DNA of 63,444 nt, counting the filler, from Intoshia linei (Eukaryota > Animalia > Orthonectida): the NCBI GenBank assembly GCA_001642005.1. It is 7 parts of 7 records of this genome, joined end to end, with 100 filler letters (N's around TTAATTAATTAA, not from the genome) between each part and the next. Parts side by side here need not be neighbours in the genome. Positions count along the whole stretch, not along the records: positions 1 to 11,119 come from LWCA01001208.1; positions 11,220 to 36,441 come from LWCA01000505.1; 5 more parts are not named here. One strand, 5' to 3'. Shown in pieces: positions 1-11,590 of this stretch. Each line of letters opens with the position of its first letter. Position 1 is the stretch's first letter. The translations under genes were made by a program, and so were the position numbers. Below the pieces are notes generated by a model that saw only the letters and a program-made list of their open reading frames with translations, made no database searches and was not told the DNA's origin.

Positions 1-1019
1 TGACAGGGAGGAGTGGAAATTTGACACGTTATGTGATCTTTTTGAAACGATAACTGTTACACAGTGCGTAGTATTTTGCAATACGAAAAGAAAGGTGGAC
101 TTTTTGGCTGAAAATATGCGTAATAATAATTTTACTGTATCTTCTATGCACGGCGAAATGCCACAGGAAGAGCGAGATACTGTTATGAGGCAGTTTAGGT
201 CTGGTGAAAGGTAATTTTTATTTTTATTTTTATACGTTTATATTTAGTCGAGTTTTAATTACAACTGATATTTGGTCAAGAGGTATCGATGTACGACAAG
301 TGAATGTTGTTGTAAGTTACGATTTACCAAATAATCGTGAATTGTATATCCACAGGTAAAAATTCCTCCTTTTACCCTAATGCAGTGTTTCTCAACTGGT
401 ACATGTCAGCGAAAAATTGAAAACGAGTTATATTAGTTCATAGAGTTACACCACATTTTTTTGCACCAAAACAACTTTTTTCTTAAATTTAAAATTTATC
501 TCTCCAAAAGTTTATACTATTGTATATATCAAGGATGGAATATACGGATTGCATAAATTTTTGTATATGTACAGATTTTATTTTTTAAATCCAGTGTCAT
601 TTTACTAAATACAGTCGGTGGTAAATTTTTAATGTGTTCGGCCCTCCAAATTATCAGAATCTACCATCATAAGGTTGCCCAATTCTAGTATATATGATCA
701 GAGAAAACAATATGGTTTTAATTGCTTCTGTAGTTGTTCCCAAAGTGCGCCCATTAGAAACAGGATTGAGAATCACTGCTGAATAGAACACTCGAATCAG
801 AAAAATAATTTTCTATATTATTTTGACTGATTGGATACTTAATGAGGTCAATGTTTTAATTATTAATTTAGAATTGGACGTTCTGGTCGATATGGTGACA
901 AGGGTATTGCCATTAACTTTGTGAAACCAGATGATTTACCGATTCTTCATGATATTGAACAATTTTATTCTACAAATATTGAGGAAATGCCTTTGAATAT
1001 TCAAGATTACTTTCAATAA
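1..1019 (+). CDS. EIF4A3: eIF4A-III (exon-junction-complex DEAD-box helicase), C-terminal part; 5' truncated by window
   Basis: Exons 1-210, 248-355, 872-1019 with GT-AG introns translate to [33 protein letters not shown]...[11 protein letters not shown]...[15 protein letters not shown]...[21 protein letters not shown]...[19 protein letters not shown], the W in TDxW and [17 protein letters not shown] are typical of eIF4A3 rather than eIF4A1/2. Confidence 0.93.
383..778. mobile_element. hAT (Charlie/Buster-like) MITE in eIF4A3 intron
   Basis: Ends CAGTGTTTCTCAA ... TTGAGAATCACTG (12/13 inverted match). No clean 8-bp TSD seen. Confidence 0.55.
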
Positions 1020-1837
1020 TTATTTAAGAATACATTGTTAATTGAATGAAATGACGTTAGTTGTTGATTGTATATAAACTTTTACCCGTAATATATTTTC
1101 GTTTAAGAGTTAATTACAATAGTTCATAATTATGTAATTTATTCTATAATTAAGAGTTGATTAATTAATTCAATTAATAATTTTAATTATATTGTTGGAA
1201 TAAACTGTAATCCCATGTAATTTATTTTTCAAAAAGATAATTTTAACCCATTGTCGGTCCCTATCTAGCAATTTTAAATAATATTTTTCGGTTATTTTAA
1301 GACTTAACTAATGTTCAAGACCAGTTTTTTTTTATTTAAGAAAAAACCGGGTTTGTCTTATCATAACCGGATTATTATATTTTTATGATTGTTCAAATTT
1401 ATATAAAAAATATTTTAACGTTAAAAGAAAGAAAATTTTATGTGGCTAAATAATTACTAAATTCATTAAAAAAAGGTTACATGTAGAGGCGCATGATAAT
1501 AGTGATTTACATGCTTAGTGTAGAATTTTCACTGTCCATACGAGTTTGTTGAAATGCACGAACCCGAAGGGTGAGTTTTATTATAATTAAATAATTTCCC
1601 AACATAATATTAAAATTAATTGACCCTATTATGATTTGCTTGACATAAGTGTGGTATAATTATTTCGAATATCATGAATTCAATAAACGGGCGTTTTAAA
1701 TGACATCAGCCATGAGTTGAATTTATTTATAAATTAATGCACTGGCATAATTAATCTCTATTATAATAGAATTAATATTATAAAGTTGACATTCGAATTT
1801 ATATGTAGTAATTGAAGGTTATTGATTTACTATAAAT

Positions 1838-2739
1838 TATCTCGATCACATGAAAACACTAGGTCAAGTATTCGAACGCTTGGAGAAAGCTGGAATTACT
1901 CTTCAACCAGAAAAATGTAAAATGAGGAAATGGCAAATTAAAATATTGGGATATCTAATTAATGCAAAAGGTATGCTACCCGATCCAGAGAACATAGAAG
2001 GCATTTTAAAAATCAAACCACCTAAAAACAAAAGACAATTAAGATCGTTCTTGGGTATGTGCAACTACCATAGAGTGTTTATAGTAGATTATGCATCTCT
2101 TACTGCACCTTTAAATAATTTATTAAAACTTCCCAAAATTATATGGAATGAGAAGTTCGATCAATATATGGAAAAATTAAAAACCGCTCTAACAAATGCT
2201 CCAATAATGTCGTTTCCCAACACTCAGGAACCATATATACTCGAGACCGATGCGTCACATCAAGGTATGGGAGCAACCTTACGGCAAGGCAACTATGTCA
2301 TTGCATACTCAAGTAAAACTTTTAATACCACACAGGCACGATACATCACCGTAGATAAAGAACTTTTGGCAATGGTCTGGGCTATCGAAAAGTTTAAATA
2401 CTATCTTTATGGTCGTCATTTTACTGTAATAACCGATCACAACCCCCTCGTCCACATTCGACAATCTAAAAACCCTACAAACCGTTAATTTCGGTGGATC
2501 GAATGATTAGAACAATTTTATTTAATTTTATTTTAATTTTACAATTTGATTTTACAATTAACTACAGACCCGGTCATTTAAACGATACAGCCGATATATT
2601 ATCACGTACTGAATTTACTAACGCTATTGTACAAAATGCCGACGTATTTATTTGGAAACATGGCCAATCGAAAGATACATATTGTATCGAAGCCGTAAAA
2701 ATAAATAATATATGTTACTATACTGTCCAAGAATCTTAA
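1838..2739 (+). pseudogene. Ty3/Gypsy pol fragment (RT C-terminus, connection, RNase H), no LTRs seen
   Basis: ORF 1850-2488 has LQPEKC, LGY, LRSFLGMCNYHRVFI, LETDASHQGMGATL, IAYSSK, YITVDKELLAMVWAIEKFKYYLYGRHFTVITDHNPL. After a stop it continues ...FDFTINYRPGHLNDTADILSR. No YxDD, gag or integrase core. Confidence 0.92.
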
Positions 2740-3193
2740 TTATTATTTTAAATTATCATTGTATAATTAAACACCTACTCGAATAATCGATTTCTTTTCA
2801 GTTTTCATTAAACAATAGTAGCTATGAACTAATTTACTTTCGTTGGTAAATTTCAATTTATATATAAAAGTACATTTATTGAAAAAGAATATTGCCTAGT
2901 AAGTACAATCAATATTAATATAAATTTGACTTGTTTAATTAGTTTTTATAGATCCTTACATTTGTAAAATTATAATATATTGATATTTAATTTAAAAAAT
3001 CTAATCATAATTATTTTGAAGGAGTGATCCTACTATAAAAACGTAATTTAACACTTACTATATTCGTATTTTGACATTGATAAATGAATGGAAAAGCATG
3101 ACCAATTCAAGAAATTTCGATCAAATGCTGCGTCAACTATAATTTATTTAAATTACAAATTAATATTGCGTTAAATTTTTAATCTAGTTTATA

Positions 3194-6100
3194 ATGGGGA
3201 AAACAAGCAGCAAATTAAAACCAGAAGATATAGAACAGCTCGTAGAATGCACGAACTTTAATGCAAAGGAAATCAACCAATGGTATAAAGGGTTTCAAAA
3301 GGATTGTCCATCAGGACACCTTACAGTAGTAGGTATCTTTATATATGAATTTTCATTATAATAAATGGGGCCACTGACGTGTTTGGCTAGTTTTCCATTA
3401 TGTCATTTCTATATTATGCAAATTAGTAGTTTTTATTAATATTCAATATTGAAAATCAATTTAATCATTAAATGTGTATGTAATATTTTAATTATTTTTA
3501 TTGGTTTGTGATATAAATAGTGTAAATTGGACTAACCCATTATAAATTCTTTAAATCATTTATGATATAATTGATGTAATTATAATGATTTATGTGGTAC
3601 GATTGAATATTTATTCATACAAATAATAGTTCTAATTATCATATAATCCATCTATAATTATGGTAATGATGGTATGTGTTCCATTTAATAAAAATATGTA
3701 AAGTTTAATCCGCTTACATTGGCCATATAATCGGTTTTGACGACCTATTTGAAATTTAAAAAAAGGTGGTATTGATTATTTCAGAAATTAAATTATATAA
3801 TTAAAATCGTGCTAAGAAAGAAATATTAAATAATTATAATTGAAAAAAATTATTTCCACTTTTAATGAATTAACAACGTATATTTAAATGTATAACTTGA
3901 TTTCACTTACGTAATTGTACACCATTTATGAAATTTAATGATGAAATATAAAATGTAATCATATAATCGTAAAATGTGAAAATTACATCAACGTACAAAT
4001 TTAACAATCGAAGAAAGGAAGAATTTGTGAGAATAACATAAGCTTACCTTAATTAGTCAGCTCTATTCTGTATAAGCTATGTAGCCCAAAACTGAGTTAT
4101 TACAGGGTGATTTTATAATTACTACTTATATAAAACTATTTATAATTTTAGAATTTAAAAATATCTACAAAAATTTTTTTCCAACTGGCGACTCTTCAAC
4201 GTTTGCCCAACATGTTTTTAGAACATTTGATGCTAATAGTGATGGATCCATTGATTTTCGAGAATTCATTTGTGCTCTCTCGATTACTTCTCGTGGGAAT
4301 ATGAATGAAAAATTAGAATGGGCATTTTCTATGTATGATTTGGATAATGATGGTTACATCAGTAGAAATGAAATGCTGGAAATTGTAAAGGTATAATTTT
4401 TATTTGAATATATTGTATAATTAGATGTATATTTTATTAAGGTTAAAATGTGTGTCTATAAAAATATTATACCGGATGCACTGTAAATTTTAGTTCAATT
4501 TAAACCGCAGATATAAAAAATTAATCAATAGTAACATTAAAAAAATAACAGCTTAATAATGACAAATGAATAGTAGGTTTTGGTTATGTACATTAAACCC
4601 AAAGTATTTACAAACCTAAATTTATCATATTAATATACTATTGAGTAGATATCACTGTCTTAACAACTTGCATTTACAGTCAGACATGAAGACAGTTGAC
4701 TATATAAAATATATATATTCTATAGAATACATTGAAACATAAATTAAACGATATATTGCTTATATTGTATTCAGTTTTTTGGTTTATTTCAATTTCAGAT
4801 ATATTATTTGTCTAATTCAATCATATATCTTATTTCGCAAATGTTATTTTTATTTATCAATTTATTTAATGAGTGATTTACCGATCAACTCATATCAAAA
4901 GTAATTAGGAGTGATAATTATCTAATATAAATTTTTATTATAAATAGAGAAACTTTTTTTAACCCATAAAAAAATTAACTTAAAAATTGAAAAAATATTC
5001 GTAATGTTGTTTTTTCGGTAAATTTTTATTTGAATAATGGTGAAATCTCTCATTGACCATAATAATAGTTATCTTATTAAACAAGTGGTGGAGTTATCTT
5101 AATTCTGTAAATCTAAATAACTTACATGTACTTGTATTTTGCAATACCAAAAATGAATCCAGGGACATCAACCATAAACCACTTTACGCTTTAGTCTAGA
5201 CCAGGGTGCACAACCTTTCCAACAAGTTACTTTACTCATTGTTACCACGGCCGTACAAAATTTACTTCGACATAGTTTAAATCTATTGTGAGAAAGTGGG
5301 CAAAGTCAAAAATGTAACTTTTTGATATAAATATTTTAAATTACCCTTTAATAAAATCTAATTTAAAGTTTTTCAATTTGACGTAAAATGGTATACATCA
5401 GGGATGCTTAACCTGTCGATCGCCAAAATTAAAAAATAAATTAAATTAAATACTCGTTATTAAAATGACATCTATTTTAATATTGACATATATAATTTAT
5501 TTTTAATACTGTTAAAATTTGTACACATTTTAATAAATGCGATGTAATTTGTTTAAATCGTTATCTAATAAATAAATTAGTCCACTATTTCATAAACTAG
5601 GTTTTGCCAATAATTTTCAAATATACAGCGAAAGTGCTTGGAATTATTCCGAATTTTAATTTTCATGTTTTCTACGATCACACTAAAAATATTTAGTCAA
5701 ACCTTTTTTATTGGATTTCTTGGAAACATTTTTCTAGGCAATGTATTAGTCGATCACCACTCATTGAAAAATTTAAAATCAATCGAATCAAAAAAAGGTT
5801 GGATACCAATTTTTGATTTACTCACATATCATTAAATATACACTACATTATTCTTATTACATTACCTATACACTGTATATTATACATATGTAATTATTTA
5901 TTAATTAAAATTCCTCTGCGGCACACCTGAAAAATTTCGAGGTACACCGTTTAAGATGCACTCACTATTGAATAGATAATTATTAGTTTTAAAAATATTT
6001 TCAAAGCTAAATTTTAATTAAAAGTTTAGGCTATTTACAAAATGATAGGAAAAGTTATGACGGTACCAGAAGATGAATCTACTCCTGAAAAAAGAACAGA

Positions 6101-6252
6101 TAAAATATTCAAACAAATGGACATCAACCTAGACGGAAAATTATCTTTAAACGAATTTATGGAAGGGGCGAAAAATGACCCATCGTAAGTTATATGTTTA
6201 TGTCAAATAATTTAATGTTTGTAGAATAGTTCGATTGCTTCAGTGTGAATAA
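3194..6252 (+). CDS. Neurocalcin/hippocalcin-like neuronal calcium sensor (NCS family EF-hand protein)
   Basis: Exons 3194-3332, 4152-4390, 6030-6184, 6225-6252 give [11 protein letters not shown]...[14 protein letters not shown]...[22 protein letters not shown]...[31 protein letters not shown]...[46 protein letters not shown]. MGxxxS myristoylation motif. Splice phases consistent. Confidence 0.95.
5202..5330. mobile_element. hAT MITE family A (CAGGGGTGCACAAC ends), partial copy
   Basis: GTCTAGAC|CAGGGTGCACAACCTTT; interior (GAGAAAGTGGGCAAAGTCAAAAATGTAAC) matches copies at 11790, 53835 and 55297. Confidence 0.7.
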
Positions 6253-6282
6253 TTGTCGGAATTGTATAAAATAAAAATTTAA

Positions 6283-9200
6283 TCAATGTGTATTGATATT
6301 TTGTAAAATTAACGAAGAATCAGTCTTTATCAATTTGAAACTCTAAAAAAATGTGAAAATTATTAATGAGTACAAATGTATACCTTCTTGATTGTTCTTA
6401 TTTGCTTGAGTAAAAGATCATTTGGTTGTTTTCTGTCTAGCGGATTCTAAGAAGTAAATATATTATAAAATATTCATTACATAACATACATTGGAATTAT
6501 CAAAATTATGAATATGTCGAGTCTTTTTATGAATATGAGGGATTTCTAATGTTTCTATTATTTGAATGTTAAATTACTGTAATTATAAATTATACCAACG
6601 TCTTCATTAACTACATCAAATTTATTTTTTATGATAGGTAGTCTTATGATATTTTTGTTAGCCTCTGAGCAATCTATGAAGTCATCACTTCTTAAAATAT
6701 TTACAAAAGGTGGTTTTATGATACAATTGGATATGTTGGTTGATTTTATGGAATTCATCAAATTTTTATCCATAAAATTATCCAAATTAGATAATTTAAC
6801 TTGACTACGTAGAGCTGGAACTGGTGGTGAAGTGGTACGTTTGGACAAATCACACCGATCAGCTTTAAAAGGGGTTTCCAATCGGCCAACAGATGATATT
6901 CTTTTAGATTTAATCAAATTCACATTTATTTTTTTGGGCTTACAATACATTTTACCAATATTTTGTGTATTAGAAACTTTTTTAGAATTATTAGAAATGT
7001 ACGGTTTATTGTTCATTTTTTCATCAGATTCTACATATTTACATTGAAGATTCTGAGTTTTTTGAACAGATTTATTCTTTCTGTCCCTAAATTGTTGAAC
7101 ACGCCATTGTTTTTTTTTAATGTTGTATAACATGTCTCTATCAGATTGTTTAATTTTGATATCTGGTTTTGTTTTTACAGCATTCCATCTAGGTTTACAT
7201 TTATTTTTTTTCAAATAACTGAGATTTGATTGAGGTTTCAGTGTTTGTACTTGAACGCTTTGGTCCACCATCGATACATCTATCAACATTTCTAATTATC
7301 TTCAAGAACTAATACCTTGTCGTTGAATACAATTCCAATCACGCAAACCTTGTATGTTATTTTGTAATTTTTGCAAAGCACCTAAACTAGAGTAACAAAT
7401 TAAATAAAAAATAACCATTTTCATAGGGTTTATCCACCTGATACTTACTAACCATCGAATTAATCATGTCTTGTAGTTTTAATAAATCTAATAAATCTTC
7501 TTTTTCATTACATGGATCAGGTATCTAATAAAACTATTAACTTCAAACTATAGTTCACTACAGACAGGTATGTGGAAAGGCAGGAGTAGGCTCGAGTCAG
7601 ATGGAAAGTGTAGGCCCCTTATAAAATGTTTTTTTAATATTGGTTCCAATGTTAAATTTCTTAATATCACGAAAATTTTCCAAATTATTTTTTTAACATT
7701 GGAACACCGTTAAATTGTTTAATTAATAATTTTTTGCCTAAAAGTAAATTATTAATTAAATTTAAAAAATACTTTAAAAAAGTAATTACCGCTAATATAC
7801 CGGTATAAAAATTGTATTCGGTAAATTACCGATAATGAAAAAGTCGGTAAAATGGAAACACTAGTGACGATCGACTAATACAATGACTAAAAAAATATGT
7901 TAAAAATTAAAAATTCGAAGCACCCTCGCTATATATTTGAAAATTATTCGCAAAACCTATTATAAGAAATAGTGGACTAATCAAAATATTATAATATAAT
8001 GTAGCAAGTATAGCATTTAATAATATTGCTAAAGAAGGGGTTAAATAAGTAAAATTCCGGTACCCACTCCAACTATAATAAACTAATTTTTAACCATATA
8101 TAAGTACAGTGAAATTTTATAGAGATCATTTTAATGACGATTATTATTAAAATAAAAAATTAATTTTGGCGATCGACAGATGGGCATCCATGATTTAAAG
8201 AAATAGTTCCCAAATTTATTTAACCACAGACTAGTCATTTCACATTATATTTTAATTTAAAATAAATTATTCCGACTTAATTTTAGTTTTTCTGGAATTT
8301 AAGCAATTTTGAAAATATTTAGGATTGCACTGTTTTGACTTTGTTTTCAAGATTATACACTCATTATCTCTAATAAATTAAATAAATGGAATTATAAAAT
8401 TGTTTTTAAAATTCTTTACGCAAATGTTAATATAATGTGAAATTTAAGTTTAGGAACCATTCCTTTAAATGATTAATAATAGTGAGTGTAACATTTTTAA
8501 GTAAGATTTTATTATAATAAAATTCAGTAATTATTGAATTTATTTTTTTGTTAGTATTAAAAAAGTTCTCACTTGGCCAAGCAAGGATGTTGTTTGTACG
8601 AAGTATAACAGTCAGACTAGTCACTTTATATACAATAAGTAAGGATATAAATGTATTTTATAAAAGTTATTTTTATCGGATTCATAAAAACGCTATTATT
8701 TTATATAAGTAATATAGTGCAAATAATCAGATAGAGTCTAGCTAAAGAGCCTTTTATACTGATGAAAATAGAACTTTAGTATGAAGAGGTTCTACTGTAT
8801 CACATATAATATAGAATTAGTAACTTAAAAATGTTAGAAAAAAATTGCTATTTCTAAGATCCCAAGAGATAACATTAATATGAAGAAATACAGGGTGTTC
8901 ATTTTGGAACTATACTTTCAGTGTATATTCATAAAAAATTCAAAACAATCTGTAAGTTCACTTTTTGAAAATAAATGTGATTATAATAAATTAATAATGT
9001 ATAATAAACTATACATGAGAAATCGTGGACGTAACATTATTAGTGGTACATTGTGGCATATAATCAGACCTATCAGATTGGGCAAAATTTATAACAACGT
9101 TAGGAGATTCGGACACAGTTGCACTATTATAAATAATTATATAATTATTATAACTGATGACTTACTTGACAAATTGCACTTGTTTATCTAACTTAATTTG

Positions 9201-10023
9201 TTGTAATTCCTTTTCTCTTTTATCCAATTGTTCCGTTCGTTGAATAGCTAGAAAGATATATCAAGGTATAAAATTTTTAACCTAGATCTTTCAACCATTC
9301 TTGTTTTTTAATATCACGAAAATTTTCCAAATTTATTTTGTTGAAATCATACTTTTTGTCTAAAATTTCACTCTAACAAAAATTTGAAATATATGTAATC
9401 TAAATAAGGAAACCTTTCTAACGTTATAATCAGACAACAAATTTCCGTAAGGATCAATCAACGGAGCACCTCCACCAGGTTTACCCCATGGGTCCCAATT
9501 ATAATCCGTTTCTATGTAATATAAAATAAATAATTAAAAAACATACGTTGATTTTTCCATTCCATTTTTTTTTTATCAGCTAACGATAATCTTGATTCAG
9601 GAGCAACTCTTACTATCTTTTTACTCAATTTAGCACTAACAATTATAAAAAAATTTTATAATAAAACCTGATCTGCTCACATTTATTAGTTACGTCTAAA
9701 TTTAGTGAGTCTATTTTGGCTATTAGTGAGATATCGTGGGTCTGGGATAATAATTTAGTATTTTTCACATTACTATTTTCCTGAAGATTAGTACATGTAC
9801 TATAATTTAAATTAACAGGTGCTACAATTAGAATATAATGCAATTAATACGAATTAACAGACGTTCCAACACCAGACGACATAGTACCAGTCTTAGAATT
9901 TTTTACATGCATATTTTTGAGTTTATTCATCTTCGAATTTGAAACTATTGAAACGTTACTATTAATATTTGTCAAACTAGACTGTATTGTTTTTGATGTT
10001 TTAGAATCTTTAAGCATCCGCAT
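6283..10023 (-). CDS. CSPP1/CCDC66-like centrosomal-ciliary coiled-coil protein, multi-exon
   Basis: ATG at 10023. Exon near 9414-9511 encodes DYNWDPWGKPGGGAPLIDPYGNL, resembling the CSPP1 motif [20 protein letters not shown], followed by QEWLKDLAIQRTEQLDKEKR. Includes the large exon of ORF 6558-7289 and three short terminal exons ending in TGA at 6283-6285. Some internal exon borders uncertain. Confidence 0.62.
8440..8620 (+). mobile_element. Helitron family 3' terminal fragment
   Basis: TGTTTGTACGAAGTATAACAGTCAGACTAG|T: hairpin plus CTAG-T end; reverse complement of the termini at 29510, 40852, 46820 and 48226. Confidence 0.65.
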
Positions 10024-10699
10024 TAAAATTATATTTAGTAACTAATAAACGTTTCTGACAATACCATCATTGGTAAGGATACGTAATTGTCCATGGTAAA
10101 TTTCAATGGATATCAACTGTGATAGATATTAATACAAAAAAATATTTGAGTTTATTATAAAATTGAATGAGTTAGCAAAATTAAAAAATATAAGAGTTAG
10201 AGTTTTTAGAAAAATACAAAAAAAATTACAAGACCAAGTCTAAATATTGATTAAATTTATTTTTAATACTTTTTTATCATAGTCGTTTAATTAAATTATA
10301 TCATCATCATTTAATATATAATAATATACTACAAGAATGTAAGACTCAATTTGCTGGTCAGGTCAAATGTGACACAAAAAAATATCTTCACTCAAATTAT
10401 TATTACAGTTTTAATTAATAGAATATATAAATATAGAANNNNNNNNNNNNNNNNATTTAATATATAATAATATACTACAAAAGTGTAAGACTCAATTTGC
10501 TGGCAGGTCAAATGTGGCACAAAAAAATTTCTTCACTCAAAATATTATTACAGTTTTAATTAATAGAATATATAAATATAGAAATGGGTTAAAAATTTTG
10601 TTATAATGTGGCCCGTATAATTGAACCCTGGTATATTAATGTATAATTATAAAATAGATTTTTAATTTTTTTAAATAATGAATAAATTAAAAAATAAAC

Positions 10700-11119
10700 A
10701 TTTTTAGTTCTTCAACACAGGCACAAATTTTACTCAGCAAATGTATGACCAATAAATTTTTGCTTTGTAAACTTTTATTGAGAATATTTACGCTTCTGGT
10801 AATGTCCACNGTATATTAATGTATAATTATAAAATAGATTTTTAATTTTTTTAAATAATGAATAAATTAAAAACGCGGCAATATTCTGTTTCATAAACAT
10901 TATTTAATAAATTGCGGTCTTTTTCGTATGTGCTTTATAAATTATAACCTTTTCGTATTTTTGAAAAATAAAATATAGCATAGATTACTCTATTTTATAC
11001 ACAATACTCTATATCTGTGATGTCCACATAAGTGGTGTTTTTGGTCTGGAGTGCTCATGATAATGTCAAAAATCTGCTCATTTAAATAATCAGATTATAC
11101 ATAGTTACAACGCCCAAAA
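10700..11119 (-). pseudogene. Possible hAT transposase remnants
   Basis: Minus-strand reads VDITRSVNILNKSLQSKNLLVIHLLSKICACVEEL and FLTLS*ALQTKNTTYVDI, resembling the hAT 'LSKxLQSKN' helix. Short and next to a gap. Confidence 0.35.
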
Positions 11120-11219
11120 NNNNNNNNNNNNNNNNNNNNNNNNNNNNNNNNNNNNNNNNNNNNTTAATTAATTAANNNNNNNNNNNNNNNNNNNNNNNNN
11201 NNNNNNNNNNNNNNNNNNN
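11120..11219. other. Artificial scaffold spacer N44-TTAATTAATTAA-N44 (also 36442, 41594, 58744, 60316, 61849)
   Basis: Identical 100-nt block at six gaps; the core has stop codons in all six frames. Confidence 0.97.
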
Positions 11220-11590
11220 ATGTTTAGTTATACAGTTTATTTTTTTAAATTTTTTTCTAGCTCAATTTTTTTGTATTTTATTAATGATTTCATTTCTCGA
11301 ATTCTGGCAATTTACATTATTTAAATTGTATTCAATGCATAATATGCATTGCATATAATTTAGAAAAAATCCAAATTATTGAACTAGAAACAAATTTAAA
11401 AATAAGTACTTATGGATACTCTAGTTTATAGATAGATAAAATTTATATATACAAAGTAATATATATGATTGCCAATTAAGCAACCATTTATTTTGAAAAT
11501 TTAAAATTTTCAGTGAAATTTCAAATTAAATTAAAATCCAATGTATCGTTCACGTTCACGTTAACATTTATTTTTATTAGAAGAGTATAC

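Noticed and set aside
9885-9902. 18-nt match between CSPP1-like exon 1 and the Helitron body (31121-31138)
   Set aside because: Short and AT-rich; a rough estimate puts it within chance for a 63-kb self-comparison.
10309-10872. Direct duplications either side of N runs (about 130 bp at 10309/10455; about 60 bp at 10632/10811)
   Set aside because: They abut Ns and look like unmerged contig or haplotype overlaps.
11120-11219. Recurrent TTAATTAATTAA motif flanked by Ns (six copies)
   Set aside because: Artificial all-frame-stop spacer from assembly. It also means adjacency and distance across gaps are uncertain.
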